From contig LDXK01000001.1 in the NCBI GenBank assembly GCA_001443395.1, positions 1 through 64,000 of the forward strand: a DNA stretch of 64,000 nt, in the 5' to 3' direction. Source of the stretch: a candidate division WWE3 bacterium CSP1-7 (GTDB lineage Bacteria; Patescibacteriota; WWE3; 9FT-COMBO-53-11). Below, one piece after another: positions 1-9,319 of the stretch. Positions within the stretch are counted from its first letter, which is position 1. Each line of letters begins with the position of its first letter. The notes under the pieces were generated by a model. It ran no database searches. It worked only from the letters and a program-made list of their open reading frames with translations, and was not told where the DNA came from. Position numbers and translations under genes: made by a program.

Positions 1-621
1 AGCGGCGTCGGCGACATCGTCGCGGTTGGTCGTGATCATTCCGCCCTCACCGGTCATCATGTTCTTGGTGGCGTAGAGCGAGAAGCAGGCCGCATCGCCG
101 AACGAACCAGCCTTCCGGCCATTGATCTCAGCACCGTGGGCCTGGGCCGCATCCTCGATTACTGCGATCCCATGCCGATTCGCCAGCCAGACGATGTCTT
201 CCATGTTGGCCGGCAAGCCGTAGAGGTGGACCGGAACGATCGCCCGAGTCTTACCCGTGATCGCATCCGCGATCTTGGTTACGTCGAGATTGTAGGTCTG
301 CGGGTTGATATCCGCGAAGACCGGCAGAGCTCCGGCGTAGAGCGCACAGTTGGCCGAGGCGATGAAGGAAAACGGGGTCGTGATCACCTCGTCCCCCTCA
401 TGGATGCCGCAGGCCATCAGCGCGATGTGCAGAGCGGTTGTGCCCGAGGAAACCGCAATGGCGTGCTTCACGCCAATGTACTCGGCGAAAGCTTTCTCGA
501 ACTCCGCCACCTTGGGGCCCTGGGCGAGCATTCCGCTCCGCAAAACTTCGACGACGGCGTTGATCTCTTCGTCGCCGATCTGGGTCTTCACCATGTTGAC
601 CATCTTCTTTGCGTCGCTCAT
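1..621 (-). CDS. DegT/DnrJ/EryC1/StrS aminotransferase (WbpE-like), truncated by the window edge
   Basis: Manual translation from ATG 621: [20 protein letters not shown]...VSSGTTALH...[10 protein letters not shown]...[15 protein letters not shown] (PLP-lysine motif); ATGA overlap with upstream stop. Confidence 0.92.
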   Translation of the reverse strand, partial: MSDAKKMVNMVKTQIGDEEINAVVEVLRSGMLAQGPKVAEFEKAFAEYIGVKHAIAVSSGTTALHIALMACGIHEGDEVITTPFSFIASANCALYAGALPVFADINPQTYNLDVTKIADAITGKTRAIVPVHLYGLPANMEDIVWLANRHGIAVIEDAAQAHGAEINGRKAGSFGDAACFSLYATKNMMTGEGGMITTNRDDVADAA

Positions 622-1151
622 AGTTTCCTCCTGGGAACGTGTCGAGCCTTGAATCCTTGTTCGTTCACGTAACCGACCAGCTGGGCGGGGTTCCCCACCA
701 CCAAGCCCTTCATCGGAACGTCCCTTACGACCACGGCGCCCATTCCGACCATCGCCCATTTGCCGATCGTGACGCCGCACAAGATGTTGGCGCCCATGCC
801 GATCGAAGCACCGTACTTGACGAGGGTGGGTGAAACCACCCAATCATCGGCGCTTTTGATAGAGCCGTCGGGATTGATCGCGCGCGGGTTCAGGTCGTTG
901 GCGAACTGCGCCCCCGGCCCGATGAAAACCCCGTCCTCCACGGTCAAGCCGTGATAGAGACGAGCTCCGGACTGGATCTTGCAGTTGTCGCCGACCACCA
1001 CGTCGCTATCAACGTAGACGTGGCCGCCGACGATGCAGTTCTTCCCCAGCCGTGCGCCCTTGCGGACGTGGCTGTAGTGGTAGATCCGTGTACCTTCCCC
1101 GAGGAAAGCACCCTCCTCCACCGTCGCCGTGGGATCGATGTGGATACTCAT
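618..1151 (-). CDS. Hexapeptide-repeat N-acetyltransferase (WbpD-like)
   Basis: Left-handed beta-helix repeats, VFIGP..F.ND..PRA, VVGNPA. Confidence 0.92.
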   Translation of the reverse strand: MSIHIDPTATVEEGAFLGEGTRIYHYSHVRKGARLGKNCIVGGHVYVDSDVVVGDNCKIQSGARLYHGLTVEDGVFIGPGAQFANDLNPRAINPDGSIKSADDWVVSPTLVKYGASIGMGANILCGVTIGKWAMVGMGAVVVRDVPMKGLVVGNPAQLVGYVNEQGFKARHVPRRKL

Positions 1152-2170
1152 TTCTCACCTCCCAGAACCTGCTTCGAAGCTTGGAGAGCGATCTCCAACA
1201 CCTCGCAAGCGTCTTCGGCTGTTACCGCTGGCTTTCGTCCTTCCGAGACCGAGGCGATGAACTCCTGCAGTTCCAACCGCAGCGGCTCCACCGCTCGCTC
1301 CGGAACTTCCGGAATCCGCCGTTCGACGAAGTTCAGGTTGTACATCGCGGCCGCCAGATCGTGGGCGTCGAAGCCCTCTCCGATCGGGTAGAAAACTATC
1401 TCCCGCGACATCAGATCCGCCACCGCGGTTCCCTTGGTTCCCACCACCGTTGTCTGCCGCACCTTGAACGGGTGCAGCCAGGAGGCGGTTACCTCCGCGA
1501 CCACGCCGTTCGCCGGCAGAAGCATGGTGATGTGGTCCTCGAACTTGGTTGACGTCAGAGGCGAGGTGCCACCGGCCGCCAGCGGCTTGCCGTAAAACGG
1601 TTTGCCAATCAGATCAAGGATCTTGAGCACGTTGAAGATATCGTGGACCGCCAGATCAATCGCAATCCCGACCGCTTGATCTCTTCCGGTCGGAAACGGA
1701 TTCAGGCGCTTGGTTTCAATCATCAGCACCTGCCCGAGATCGCCGTCTTGGATCATCTTCACTAAGCGGCGGACGACCGGGTTGAACCATTCAATGTGGC
1801 CCACCATTAAAATCCGCTCTAGCTGTTGGGCAAGTTTGAACATCACGTCGGCTTCATCCGCCGAGAAAGCAATCGGCTTTTCCACCATCACGTGCAGACC
1901 GGATTCCAGCGCGTCGCAAACGACCTGACAGTGCTGGGCCGTTGGGACCGCCACCACCACCGCGTTCAGCGATGCTCCAGAGAGCATCTCATGATAATCG
2001 GCGTAGGCCGGAATCCCATAGATGTGACCGAGTTCGTCCACCTTGGGGTTCACGTCCGAAACCGCTACCAATCGAACGTTGCCGTCCGATTCTTCGAGGG
2101 CGCGCAGGTTCCGGGCGTGATTCTTGCCCATAAACCCGTAGGCGCCGATCACGCCGACTCTGTTAGTCAT
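1148..2170 (-). CDS. Gfo/Idh/MocA oxidoreductase (WbpB-like)
   Basis: Rossmann VGVIGAYGFMG, VEKP, VGHIEWFNP, DLAVHD; SD GGAGG. Confidence 0.92.
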   Translation of the reverse strand: MTNRVGVIGAYGFMGKNHARNLRALEESDGNVRLVAVSDVNPKVDELGHIYGIPAYADYHEMLSGASLNAVVVAVPTAQHCQVVCDALESGLHVMVEKPIAFSADEADVMFKLAQQLERILMVGHIEWFNPVVRRLVKMIQDGDLGQVLMIETKRLNPFPTGRDQAVGIAIDLAVHDIFNVLKILDLIGKPFYGKPLAAGGTSPLTSTKFEDHITMLLPANGVVAEVTASWLHPFKVRQTTVVGTKGTAVADLMSREIVFYPIGEGFDAHDLAAAMYNLNFVERRIPEVPERAVEPLRLELQEFIASVSEGRKPAVTAEDACEVLEIALQASKQVLGGEK

Positions 2171-2315
2171 CTCTTCCCTCCTCTTGGGAAATGGTTGTTC
2201 AGGTTCGACCTATAAAGGTCAATGTGAATTATACCTCTGGAATCAATTTTCACCAAATAGATAAACGGATGGGTGGCGAGAACATCACTAATGACGCAGT
2301 GTCAGCGAGTAATTA

Positions 2316-2343
2316 TTGCGACCGAACGCAGTGAAGGAAGCAC
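2316..2343 (+). repeat. Short dispersed repeat (TGCRACCGARYGNAGYGAAGRMAGCAC), copy 1
   Basis: Matches reverse-strand copies at 29000-29027 and 53331-53358. Confidence 0.7.
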
Positions 2344-2356
2344 AAATAGAAGATGT

Positions 2357-3676
2357 TTAATCCCCCACGCCGACGGCTTTGTAAACGAAACCGGAGCTAG
2401 TCGCTTTCTCTTTGTCCAAGACGTTTCTTCCGTCCACCAAGAGATTTCCTTTCATCGACTTCCGAATCTTCTCCCAATCCAGTTCGAGGTAGTCCTCGTG
2501 CGCGACCATCACCACCACGGCCTCCGCCCCCGCCACAACCTTCCCCAAATCACCCCGATATTCTTCAACATACGGATCGTGAATTCTGACTTTCGCGCCT
2601 ATTTTCTGGAGCTCCGTCACCAGCGAGATCGACGGGGAGTTGCGGGTGTCATCGCTATTGGGGAGATAGGCGTATCCCAAAACGGCGATCTCCGACCCTT
2701 CCAGTTTCTTCCCGGATTCTGTCAACCCATTCCTGAGAAGCTCCGCGACGTGGAGAGGCATCGAATCGTTGATGTACCGAGCGTCCGGAATAATTTTGGT
2801 TTCCAGCTTTCCTTTGAGGGGGGCGATCAGAAGCCAGGAGTCTTTGGGGATGCAGTGTCCGCCAACTCCCGCCCCGGCATAATGGACGTTGCGCTCGGGA
2901 CTCTTGTTGACCAACTCCCGCACCTTCCAAAAATTGGCCCCCAGCGCCTCGCAAACCAGGGCCAATTCGTTCGCAAAAGCGATCTGAACATCCCGGTAGG
3001 TGTTCTCAGCGGTCTTGACGATCTCAGCGGTGAGAGGGTCGGTCACATCTAGGTGAGCCTGAACTATGTGAGTATAAAACTCCCGCACCACCTCGCCCGA
3101 TTCCTCACTAAAAGCGCCGATCACCCGGTCACAGCCCCGAATGTTGTGGAGCAGCTTTCCCGGCATCACCCGTTCGGGACAATTCGCCAAGAAAAATCCT
3201 TCGTTCAACTTCATTCCGGAACTCTCCTCCAGAATCGGCCGAACGATGTCCGCCATCGTGCGGGGGGCAATCGTCGATTCCACAATCACCACCGCTCCCC
3301 TCTTCATATTTTTCCCAATACTTTCGATTGCTGACCGCAAAGCGACATACTTCGGCACCTTGGTTTCGTCGTCGACGGGGGTTTCAACCGAAACCGTGAC
3401 CAAATCGATTTCTTTCAGTTTGGTGTAGTCCGAGGAGGCGAGCAGTTTTCCACTTTTAACGACTTTTTCCACCAGCTCCGTTAGTCCCGGCTCTTTTCCT
3501 TCAATCGGGTTAATTCCTTGATTGATTTTCTTGATCTTTTCCTCTTGGATATCAAGCCCGAGAACATCAAAACCTGCATCCGCAAAAAGTGCCGCCACCG
3601 GCGTTCCTACATACCCGAGACCGACCACCGCCACTTTTGCTTTTCTTTTCTGAATTAGTTCCTTAAGATTTTCCAC
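2357..3676 (-). CDS. Nucleotide-sugar dehydrogenase (WbpA/WecC-like)
   Basis: VVGLGYVG, ESTIAP, CPERVMPG, GVGGHCIPKD. Confidence 0.93.
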   Translation of the reverse strand: MENLKELIQKRKAKVAVVGLGYVGTPVAALFADAGFDVLGLDIQEEKIKKINQGINPIEGKEPGLTELVEKVVKSGKLLASSDYTKLKEIDLVTVSVETPVDDETKVPKYVALRSAIESIGKNMKRGAVVIVESTIAPRTMADIVRPILEESSGMKLNEGFFLANCPERVMPGKLLHNIRGCDRVIGAFSEESGEVVREFYTHIVQAHLDVTDPLTAEIVKTAENTYRDVQIAFANELALVCEALGANFWKVRELVNKSPERNVHYAGAGVGGHCIPKDSWLLIAPLKGKLETKIIPDARYINDSMPLHVAELLRNGLTESGKKLEGSEIAVLGYAYLPNSDDTRNSPSISLVTELQKIGAKVRIHDPYVEEYRGDLGKVVAGAEAVVVMVAHEDYLELDWEKIRKSMKGNLLVDGRNVLDKEKATSSGFVYKAVGVGD

Positions 3677-3775
3677 TGCTCTAATAATAACGCTAACTTA
3701 ATCCTGCATCACACGTGACGAAAATTTTCCCCTGTCGTTTATAATGGCATAGCACACAAAAACAAGGAGGTTTCT

Positions 3776-5107
3776 GTGGACGATAAAGGAAGAGAGCTTC
3801 TGCACAAGGTGAAGGAGGATAGGGTGCGGGCCGTGGTCCTGCAGTTCACGGACCTTGCCGGGAGCGTCAAGAGCACCACCATCCCCTCTCACCGGTTGGG
3901 TGAGGCGCTGGAGCGCGGGATCTGGTTCGACGGTTCTTCGATCGAAGGCTTCGCCCGGATCCATGAGAGCGACATGCTGCTCCGGCCGGACCCGGACACC
4001 TATCGGCTCCTGCCGTGGGAACCGGAGGAACGCCGGGTTTCCCGGGTCATCTGCGACGTCTACCAGCCCAACGGCAAGCCGTTGCCGATGGATCCCCGCG
4101 GCATCCTTCAACGGATGCTCAAGCGGGCGGAGAAGATGGGTTTCAACTACAACACCGGAAGCGAAGTGGAGTTTTTCCTCTTCAAGGATGCCTCTACCCT
4201 CGAACCGGTGACCCACGACGTCGGCAGCTACTTCGACTTCTCCCAAGATGCGGCCCATGAGGTCCGGATGGATCTGATGGATGCCTTCGAGGCGATGGGG
4301 ATGAAGGTCGAAATGTCCCATCACGAGGTCGCCCCCGGCCAGCATGAGATCGACATCCGCTACGACAACGCACTCGTCACCGCCGACAACGTCGTCACGC
4401 TCAAGTCTGTCGTCAAGGCGCTGGCGGCGAAGCGGGAACTCTGGGCGACCTTTATGCCCAAACCGCTCGCCGGCATCAACGGTTCCGGGATGCACACCCA
4501 CCAGAGCTTCTTCAAGAACGGTGAGAACGTCTTCTTCGGACCGAAGGACAAGAAGTACGGGTTGAGCCTGCTCGCCCACTACTTCATCGCCGGCCAGATG
4601 GTCCACGCCCGCGCCCTCGCCGCCATCGTGGCTCCAACCGTCAACAGCTACAAGCGGTTGGTTCCCGGCTACGAGGCCCCGGTCTACATCTGCTGGGCGC
4701 GGATCAACCGCTCGGCGCTGATCCGTATCCCGCAGTACGCTCCGGGACGGGAGTCCTCCACTCGGTTGGAGCTGCGCTTCCCCGATCCGTCCTGCAACCC
4801 CTACCTCGCCAGCGCGGCGATGCTCGCAGCCGGTCTGGACGGGATCGAACGAAGGCTGCTTCCGCCCCAGCCGGTCGAAGAGGATGTCTACCACTTCGAC
4901 GACGCCAAGCTCGCCAAGATGGGCATCGGCACACTCCCGGCGACCCTCGCGGAAGCGCTCGATGAGTTCGAGCAGGACCCGGTTCTTCAGGAAGCAATAG
5001 GATCCAAAGCCTCCGCTGCGTTCCTGCGGATGAAGCGGCAGGAGTGGGACGAGTTCCGGCTCTACGTTTCGCCTTGGGAACGGGAGCGTTACCTAAGCAC
5101 TGTCTAA
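3776..5107 (+). CDS. glnA: Glutamine synthetase type I
   Basis: FDGSSIEGF, HHEVAPGQHEI, FMPKP, GSGMHTH, KRLVPGYEAP, RLELRFPD. Confidence 0.97.
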   Translation: MDDKGRELLHKVKEDRVRAVVLQFTDLAGSVKSTTIPSHRLGEALERGIWFDGSSIEGFARIHESDMLLRPDPDTYRLLPWEPEERRVSRVICDVYQPNGKPLPMDPRGILQRMLKRAEKMGFNYNTGSEVEFFLFKDASTLEPVTHDVGSYFDFSQDAAHEVRMDLMDAFEAMGMKVEMSHHEVAPGQHEIDIRYDNALVTADNVVTLKSVVKALAAKRELWATFMPKPLAGINGSGMHTHQSFFKNGENVFFGPKDKKYGLSLLAHYFIAGQMVHARALAAIVAPTVNSYKRLVPGYEAPVYICWARINRSALIRIPQYAPGRESSTRLELRFPDPSCNPYLASAAMLAAGLDGIERRLLPPQPVEEDVYHFDDAKLAKMGIGTLPATLAEALDEFEQDPVLQEAIGSKASAAFLRMKRQEWDEFRLYVSPWERERYLSTV

Positions 5108-5115
5108 GTTCAATC

Positions 5116-5157
5116 TCCCCGCTTTTCGCCTAAGGCGAACAGCGGGGGTTTTCTTTT
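5116..5157 (+). terminator. Intrinsic terminator after glnA
   Basis: CCCCGCT..TCGCC TAA GGCGA..AGCGGGG hairpin followed by T-tract. Confidence 0.8.
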
Positions 5158-5257
5158 GCGCTAGCAAAAAAGAGTTGCTTGAGGCGACCGCTCTTCTTCC
5201 TTTACAGTCCTATAGTTTGATGATAAAATAACAACAATCTAGAAAGGGGAGAAGGAT

Positions 5258-5386
5258 ATGTCGTTCTCACTCGTTCTTGCCATCGTTCTTGGAGTCCTTA
5301 CGATCGTCGGATGGGGCTGGATGTACTGGATTTGGAAGAGGGATCCGGAACACTTCTGGGAGTACGGCGACTCCGTCGGTCTCTAA
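5258..5386 (+). CDS. Small single-TM protein (42 aa), not in ORF track
   Basis: Purine-rich SD; MSFSLVLAIVLGVLTIVGWGWMYWIWKRDPEHFWEYGDSVGL. Confidence 0.65.
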   Translation: MSFSLVLAIVLGVLTIVGWGWMYWIWKRDPEHFWEYGDSVGL

Positions 5387-5425
5387 CGGTCAGAATTGCG
5401 CGCAGAGCGCGAAAGGAGAAGAAAG

Positions 5426-5653
5426 ATGCTAGTCGATGTTGGGGATCATCAATGCTCGACGTTTGATCACTTTTTCTTTGCCGTCGTTGGGGTGGCATTC
5501 GGATTTGCGATCTGGGGATTTGATCCTAACTACCCCGGCTTTGGCGCCGCCTCGACCTTCGGGATCATTGGGTTCGGGGCGTTCGCGCTCCTGAACATCT
5601 GGCTGGGAATCCAGTCGATCGTCCAGAACAGAAGGAGAGGCAAACATGCTTGA
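5426..5653 (+). CDS. Small membrane protein (2 TM)
   Basis: SD AAGGAG before ATG 5426; two hydrophobic segments; overlaps next start. Confidence 0.7.
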   Translation: MLVDVGDHQCSTFDHFFFAVVGVAFGFAIWGFDPNYPGFGAASTFGIIGFGAFALLNIWLGIQSIVQNRRRGKHA

Positions 5654-5945
5654 GGCTTATGTCGCGATCGCTGCCTTTTTCTCCATTGTCGGCGTAACGG
5701 CGTCGATCTACCGAAGAATGGTTGATCGCCGCCTCAGTTCCCTGGACGCCACCGGACTTTCGCTCCTCGTTTCCGCAGTGATCGGAGGCGTAGCCGGCGG
5801 CATTATCGCCTACGTGACAACCGGTTTCGCTTGGATCCATGTAGGAATGGGTGTGGGAATACTCTTCGGAATGATGGCGGATTGCCTCATCGCTGCCGGG
5901 CTGGAAATCAGAGATGATATCCGCGCTTGGCACAGAAGTCTTTGA
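5646..5945 (+). CDS. Small membrane protein (3 TM)
   Basis: SD GGAGAGG; hydrophobic Gly-rich helices; terminator follows. Confidence 0.75.
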   Translation: MLEAYVAIAAFFSIVGVTASIYRRMVDRRLSSLDATGLSLLVSAVIGGVAGGIIAYVTTGFAWIHVGMGVGILFGMMADCLIAAGLEIRDDIRAWHRSL

Positions 5946-5955
5946 TCGTCTACTC

Positions 5956-5990
5956 AGGCTCGAAACCTCAAGTTTCGGGCCTTTTCTTTT
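5956..5990 (+). terminator. Intrinsic terminator
   Basis: AGGCTCGAAAC CTCAA GTTTCGGGCCT followed by TTTCTTTT. Confidence 0.8.
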
Positions 5991-5998
5991 GCGTTAGC

Positions 5999-6032
5999 AA
6001 AACTAGTCCGCCAGAGAGGCGGGCGTCCTTTT
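5999..6032 (-). repeat. GAC/TAG internal-loop hairpin family copy
   Basis: Minus strand AAAAG-GAC-G-CCCGCC TCTCT GGCGGA-C-TAG-TTTT. Confidence 0.65.
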
Positions 6033-6116
6033 GGATTGGAACTCCTGGCTTATGACTTACGACTACTGGCTTTTATCGACGAATCCGTTCAGTTACGTCG
6101 ATAAACTTGTGGACCA

Positions 6117-7745
6117 CTAGCGCAATCGGTCCGTAACTTCGATGAACTTATAGAAATGATCTTCGTCTTCGTAAACGTAATTTTTGTCAGGCAGAATGTT
6201 CAAATTGGCACCGAAATACTTATTGAAAATGAACCGGAAAGTATTCACCGGAGTCATTGAGGGGTAGAGATCGCTCGTGTCAACCCCCGGTAAATAGAGC
6301 GCATTGAGAATCGGGAACCGCTCATTGAGCGTATCGTCCGAAGCATCCTTAAAGTTAAAGCGGCCTTTCGGCATCGGGTAAATCATATTGTATGGGCCCT
6401 CATCGGCCTGAATGACGATAATGGGAGGGATTTTCGAAGAAGCCAGGATCGTTTCGACCAGTTTCTCCGTCTTCTGGTTGGCGCAGGAAACGTGGTCGAG
6501 ATAACTCAGAACGCTCGCCTTCGCCGTGCTCGGCAGCTCCTCGCAATTTTTTCCAAAAACGTAGGGGTCGTGGGGAAGAAGGATATGGGCAAAGACAAAT
6601 TTGGGACTATCGAGGGATGGAATTCTTTCCAAGTTCTCAAACTGGTAAAGAATTCGATTTCGGTGTTGGGTGTCGAACTCAAACGAGGAGGTTCGAGAGG
6701 AAAGTCGGCGAATAATCGGGGCAAACAAAGTAGTCTCCAAGAGTTCCGTTGAAAATCCATCAATCCCCAAGAACAAATCCCCCATGATGAAATTTTGGTC
6801 CGCCAGCGTGCTCACTTTGGTTGGTTCAAACCAGGAACCCATGTGTAGGTAGCGGTACCCCTGGGATTTCAGCAGCTGGCCGACCTTGTGGTTGTCCACC
6901 AACGGATAGGCAAAGGTCTGGTCGCTGGTGTTCTCTCCGGCGATTGCGGTCAAAAAGTCGATGTACTCCATGTTCAGCGAAGCGGCCAAAGAAGGGAGGG
7001 TCCGGGGATAATTCATCGTGCTTCTGTCTGCGATGTAAAATCCTTTCTTAGTTAAGAAGTTCAGAAACTCGCTATTATCGAAACCGTACAAATCCTTCAA
7101 CACTGCTTCCCCGGCGTACCGATCCAAAATAATGTAATAGATGTCCGGCTTAACTGCCCCCTCTTCCACGTTCAGGGGAATTTCTTGACCGATTCTCGAA
7201 TCGATCTCCTGCAAAGCCTGAGGCTTAATGTTTGCGATCTTGTAGAAAGCCGAAGTAACCGTGGGAACCGCAAAGAGGAAGATTGCAAAAAAATTCAGGA
7301 ACTTAGTAATCGAGGGGAATCTGCGTCTGGTTCGCCAAAGAAAAACCAAAAGCGCCAATCCGGTAACGGCCCAGACCGCAACCAGAATGTCATCAATCCC
7401 CAACGATACCAGCCCAAAAAACCGATGCTGGCCTTCGGCGAAAAGATTCTCAAAACGGTAGGCCAGCGCGCTATGGATATGGCCGTGGGAAAAAATAACC
7501 AAGATCGCAAACGCCGTTAACAAACCGGCCTTCTGCCAATCTTCAAGCAGCAGTTTAGCTAAGCCAAAAATAAGCGCCGTTAGAATCATGGAAGCAATTA
7601 GAGGTTTGACGAAAACCCAGGGAAGAATTTCAGAAGCGTTGTGATAATAGAGCGCAAAAACCGGAAACGCCGCCAAGAAGAAAGGATAAACCACCAATAT
7701 TTTGCGAATTTTTCTGTCAATGCTCTTCATCTTTGATTCCATCAT
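6117..7745 (-). CDS. Membrane protein with sulfatase/LTA-synthase-like (alkaline phosphatase superfamily) domain
   Basis: N-terminal TM helices; PDIYYIILDRY, NYPRT..SLA, HILLPHDPYVF, IQADEG. Confidence 0.85.
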   Translation of the reverse strand: MMESKMKSIDRKIRKILVVYPFFLAAFPVFALYYHNASEILPWVFVKPLIASMILTALIFGLAKLLLEDWQKAGLLTAFAILVIFSHGHIHSALAYRFENLFAEGQHRFFGLVSLGIDDILVAVWAVTGLALLVFLWRTRRRFPSITKFLNFFAIFLFAVPTVTSAFYKIANIKPQALQEIDSRIGQEIPLNVEEGAVKPDIYYIILDRYAGEAVLKDLYGFDNSEFLNFLTKKGFYIADRSTMNYPRTLPSLAASLNMEYIDFLTAIAGENTSDQTFAYPLVDNHKVGQLLKSQGYRYLHMGSWFEPTKVSTLADQNFIMGDLFLGIDGFSTELLETTLFAPIIRRLSSRTSSFEFDTQHRNRILYQFENLERIPSLDSPKFVFAHILLPHDPYVFGKNCEELPSTAKASVLSYLDHVSCANQKTEKLVETILASSKIPPIIVIQADEGPYNMIYPMPKGRFNFKDASDDTLNERFPILNALYLPGVDTSDLYPSMTPVNTFRFIFNKYFGANLNILPDKNYVYEDEDHFYKFIEVTDRLR

Positions 7746-9319
7746 CTTACTTTATCGGTCACATCAATAAACTCGACTGGTCCATCCAAATCGTAATACC
7801 ACGGGTTATTTTTATCGTTTTGGAAAATGAAACTGCGATCCTGAAAAAGTTCCAGCTCCGCGCCAAAATAAACGTTTAGAATTAATCTAAAGGAATTAAC
7901 CGGCGTGATGGAGGGATAGAGAATCTTATCGGATCCCACCCCCGGAAGATAATAGCTGTTTAGGATCCGCGCTCTCTCTTGGAGGGTTTTGGGATTGATC
8001 TGGAAATAGTCCGTCCCCTTAACGTAGGGGTATTTGAAAGCGTACTGGCCCTCATCTCCCTGAATAACAATCACCGGCGGCTGGAGAGAATTAGCAAGAA
8101 CCGTTTCGACCGCTTCTTTTGTTAGCTTGTTGGTGCAGGAAAGGTTGGAGAGATACTGTTCAACCGTGCTTCCCTCAGGATCCTCCGGTTCGCAATTCGG
8201 TCCAAAGACGTAGGGGTCATGCGGCAAAAGAACGTGCATGAAAATAAACTTGGGACTCCGCTGATTTTTTGATATTTCCTCCAACCGATTAAATTGATAG
8301 ATTGCCCGAGTCCGGTGATAGGTATGGTAATCGGAGATGTTGGGGCCGAAAGAAAGCCGCCGCGCGATTGGCGCAAAGGCGGTGGTTTCTACAAGCCGCA
8401 GCGTGAATTCATCTAAATCAAGGTACAACTCCGTATCAACGTAGTTAATATCAGCAAGAGGGCTTGTACGAGTCGCCCTTGTCCAGGAACCAATGTGTAA
8501 ATAAAGGTAACCTTGGCTCTTTAAAAATTTTGCCAGGGCCTGATCGGCAATGAGCGGATCCGGACCTCCAACTAAAGGAGGTTCAAGATAAACCATATTA
8601 AGAGAGGTGGCTAGTGAAAGATAAGTCCGAGGATAATTTGAGAAACTATCGTAAGCGACATAAAAACCTTTTTCCTCCAAAAAGTCGGTAAAAGGATTGT
8701 TGTCAAAACCGTAATTTTCCTGGAGAGTCCGGTTGGCATCGTAACGGTCCAAGATAATGTAGTAGATATCGGGCTTGTATCCAATCCCTTTACCGGTCGC
8801 CTGAATATTGGTTGTTTCGCTTGGCTCTGGGGAGGAAAATAAACGCCCAATCTCGTGAGACAACGATGTAACCAGTAGATATAAGACCAAAATTAAAGAG
8901 ACGAAGTTCAAAAAACCGGTTAGCTTTTTGAGATCAATCTTGGTACGAAGCAGCAAAAAAAACACCGATATGGCCAAAACCGCCCAAATTCCAAAGAGAC
9001 TATCATCAGTACCCAACTCAAACATCCAGACCTGATACTTCAGCGACCCAATTAGATTGTGGAGATGCCCGTGCGAAAAGAAAATCAAAACTCCCAGCGA
9101 AAGGAGCAAACCGGATTTAAGCCAGTTTTTAAAGATTAATTTCCCAAAAAATAGGAAGATCGCCACACCCACCAAAACAACCAGAAGCGGTTTAAATGTC
9201 ATCGCGATACTGGTTTCCTCGATGTTGTGGGCGTAAAGAAAAATGACTGGAAACGCAGCAAGCAAAAATGTATGAATCGGAAAACTGAAAAGTTTTTTAA
9301 TCGCGTATTTTAGTTTCAC
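7742..9319 (-). CDS. Paralogous membrane sulfatase-like protein
   Basis: Same motifs: PDIYYIILDRY, NYPRT, HVLLPHDPYVF, IQGDEG. Confidence 0.85.
   Translation of the reverse strand: MKLKYAIKKLFSFPIHTFLLAAFPVIFLYAHNIEETSIAMTFKPLLVVLVGVAIFLFFGKLIFKNWLKSGLLLSLGVLIFFSHGHLHNLIGSLKYQVWMFELGTDDSLFGIWAVLAISVFFLLLRTKIDLKKLTGFLNFVSLILVLYLLVTSLSHEIGRLFSSPEPSETTNIQATGKGIGYKPDIYYIILDRYDANRTLQENYGFDNNPFTDFLEEKGFYVAYDSFSNYPRTYLSLATSLNMVYLEPPLVGGPDPLIADQALAKFLKSQGYLYLHIGSWTRATRTSPLADINYVDTELYLDLDEFTLRLVETTAFAPIARRLSFGPNISDYHTYHRTRAIYQFNRLEEISKNQRSPKFIFMHVLLPHDPYVFGPNCEPEDPEGSTVEQYLSNLSCTNKLTKEAVETVLANSLQPPVIVIQGDEGQYAFKYPYVKGTDYFQINPKTLQERARILNSYYLPGVGSDKILYPSITPVNSFRLILNVYFGAELELFQDRSFIFQNDKNNPWYYDLDGPVEFIDVTDKVR

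Noticed and set aside
6071-6105. Inverted repeat TTTATCGACG/CGTCGATAAA
   Set aside because: Lies between convergent genes; most simply a terminator-like hairpin.
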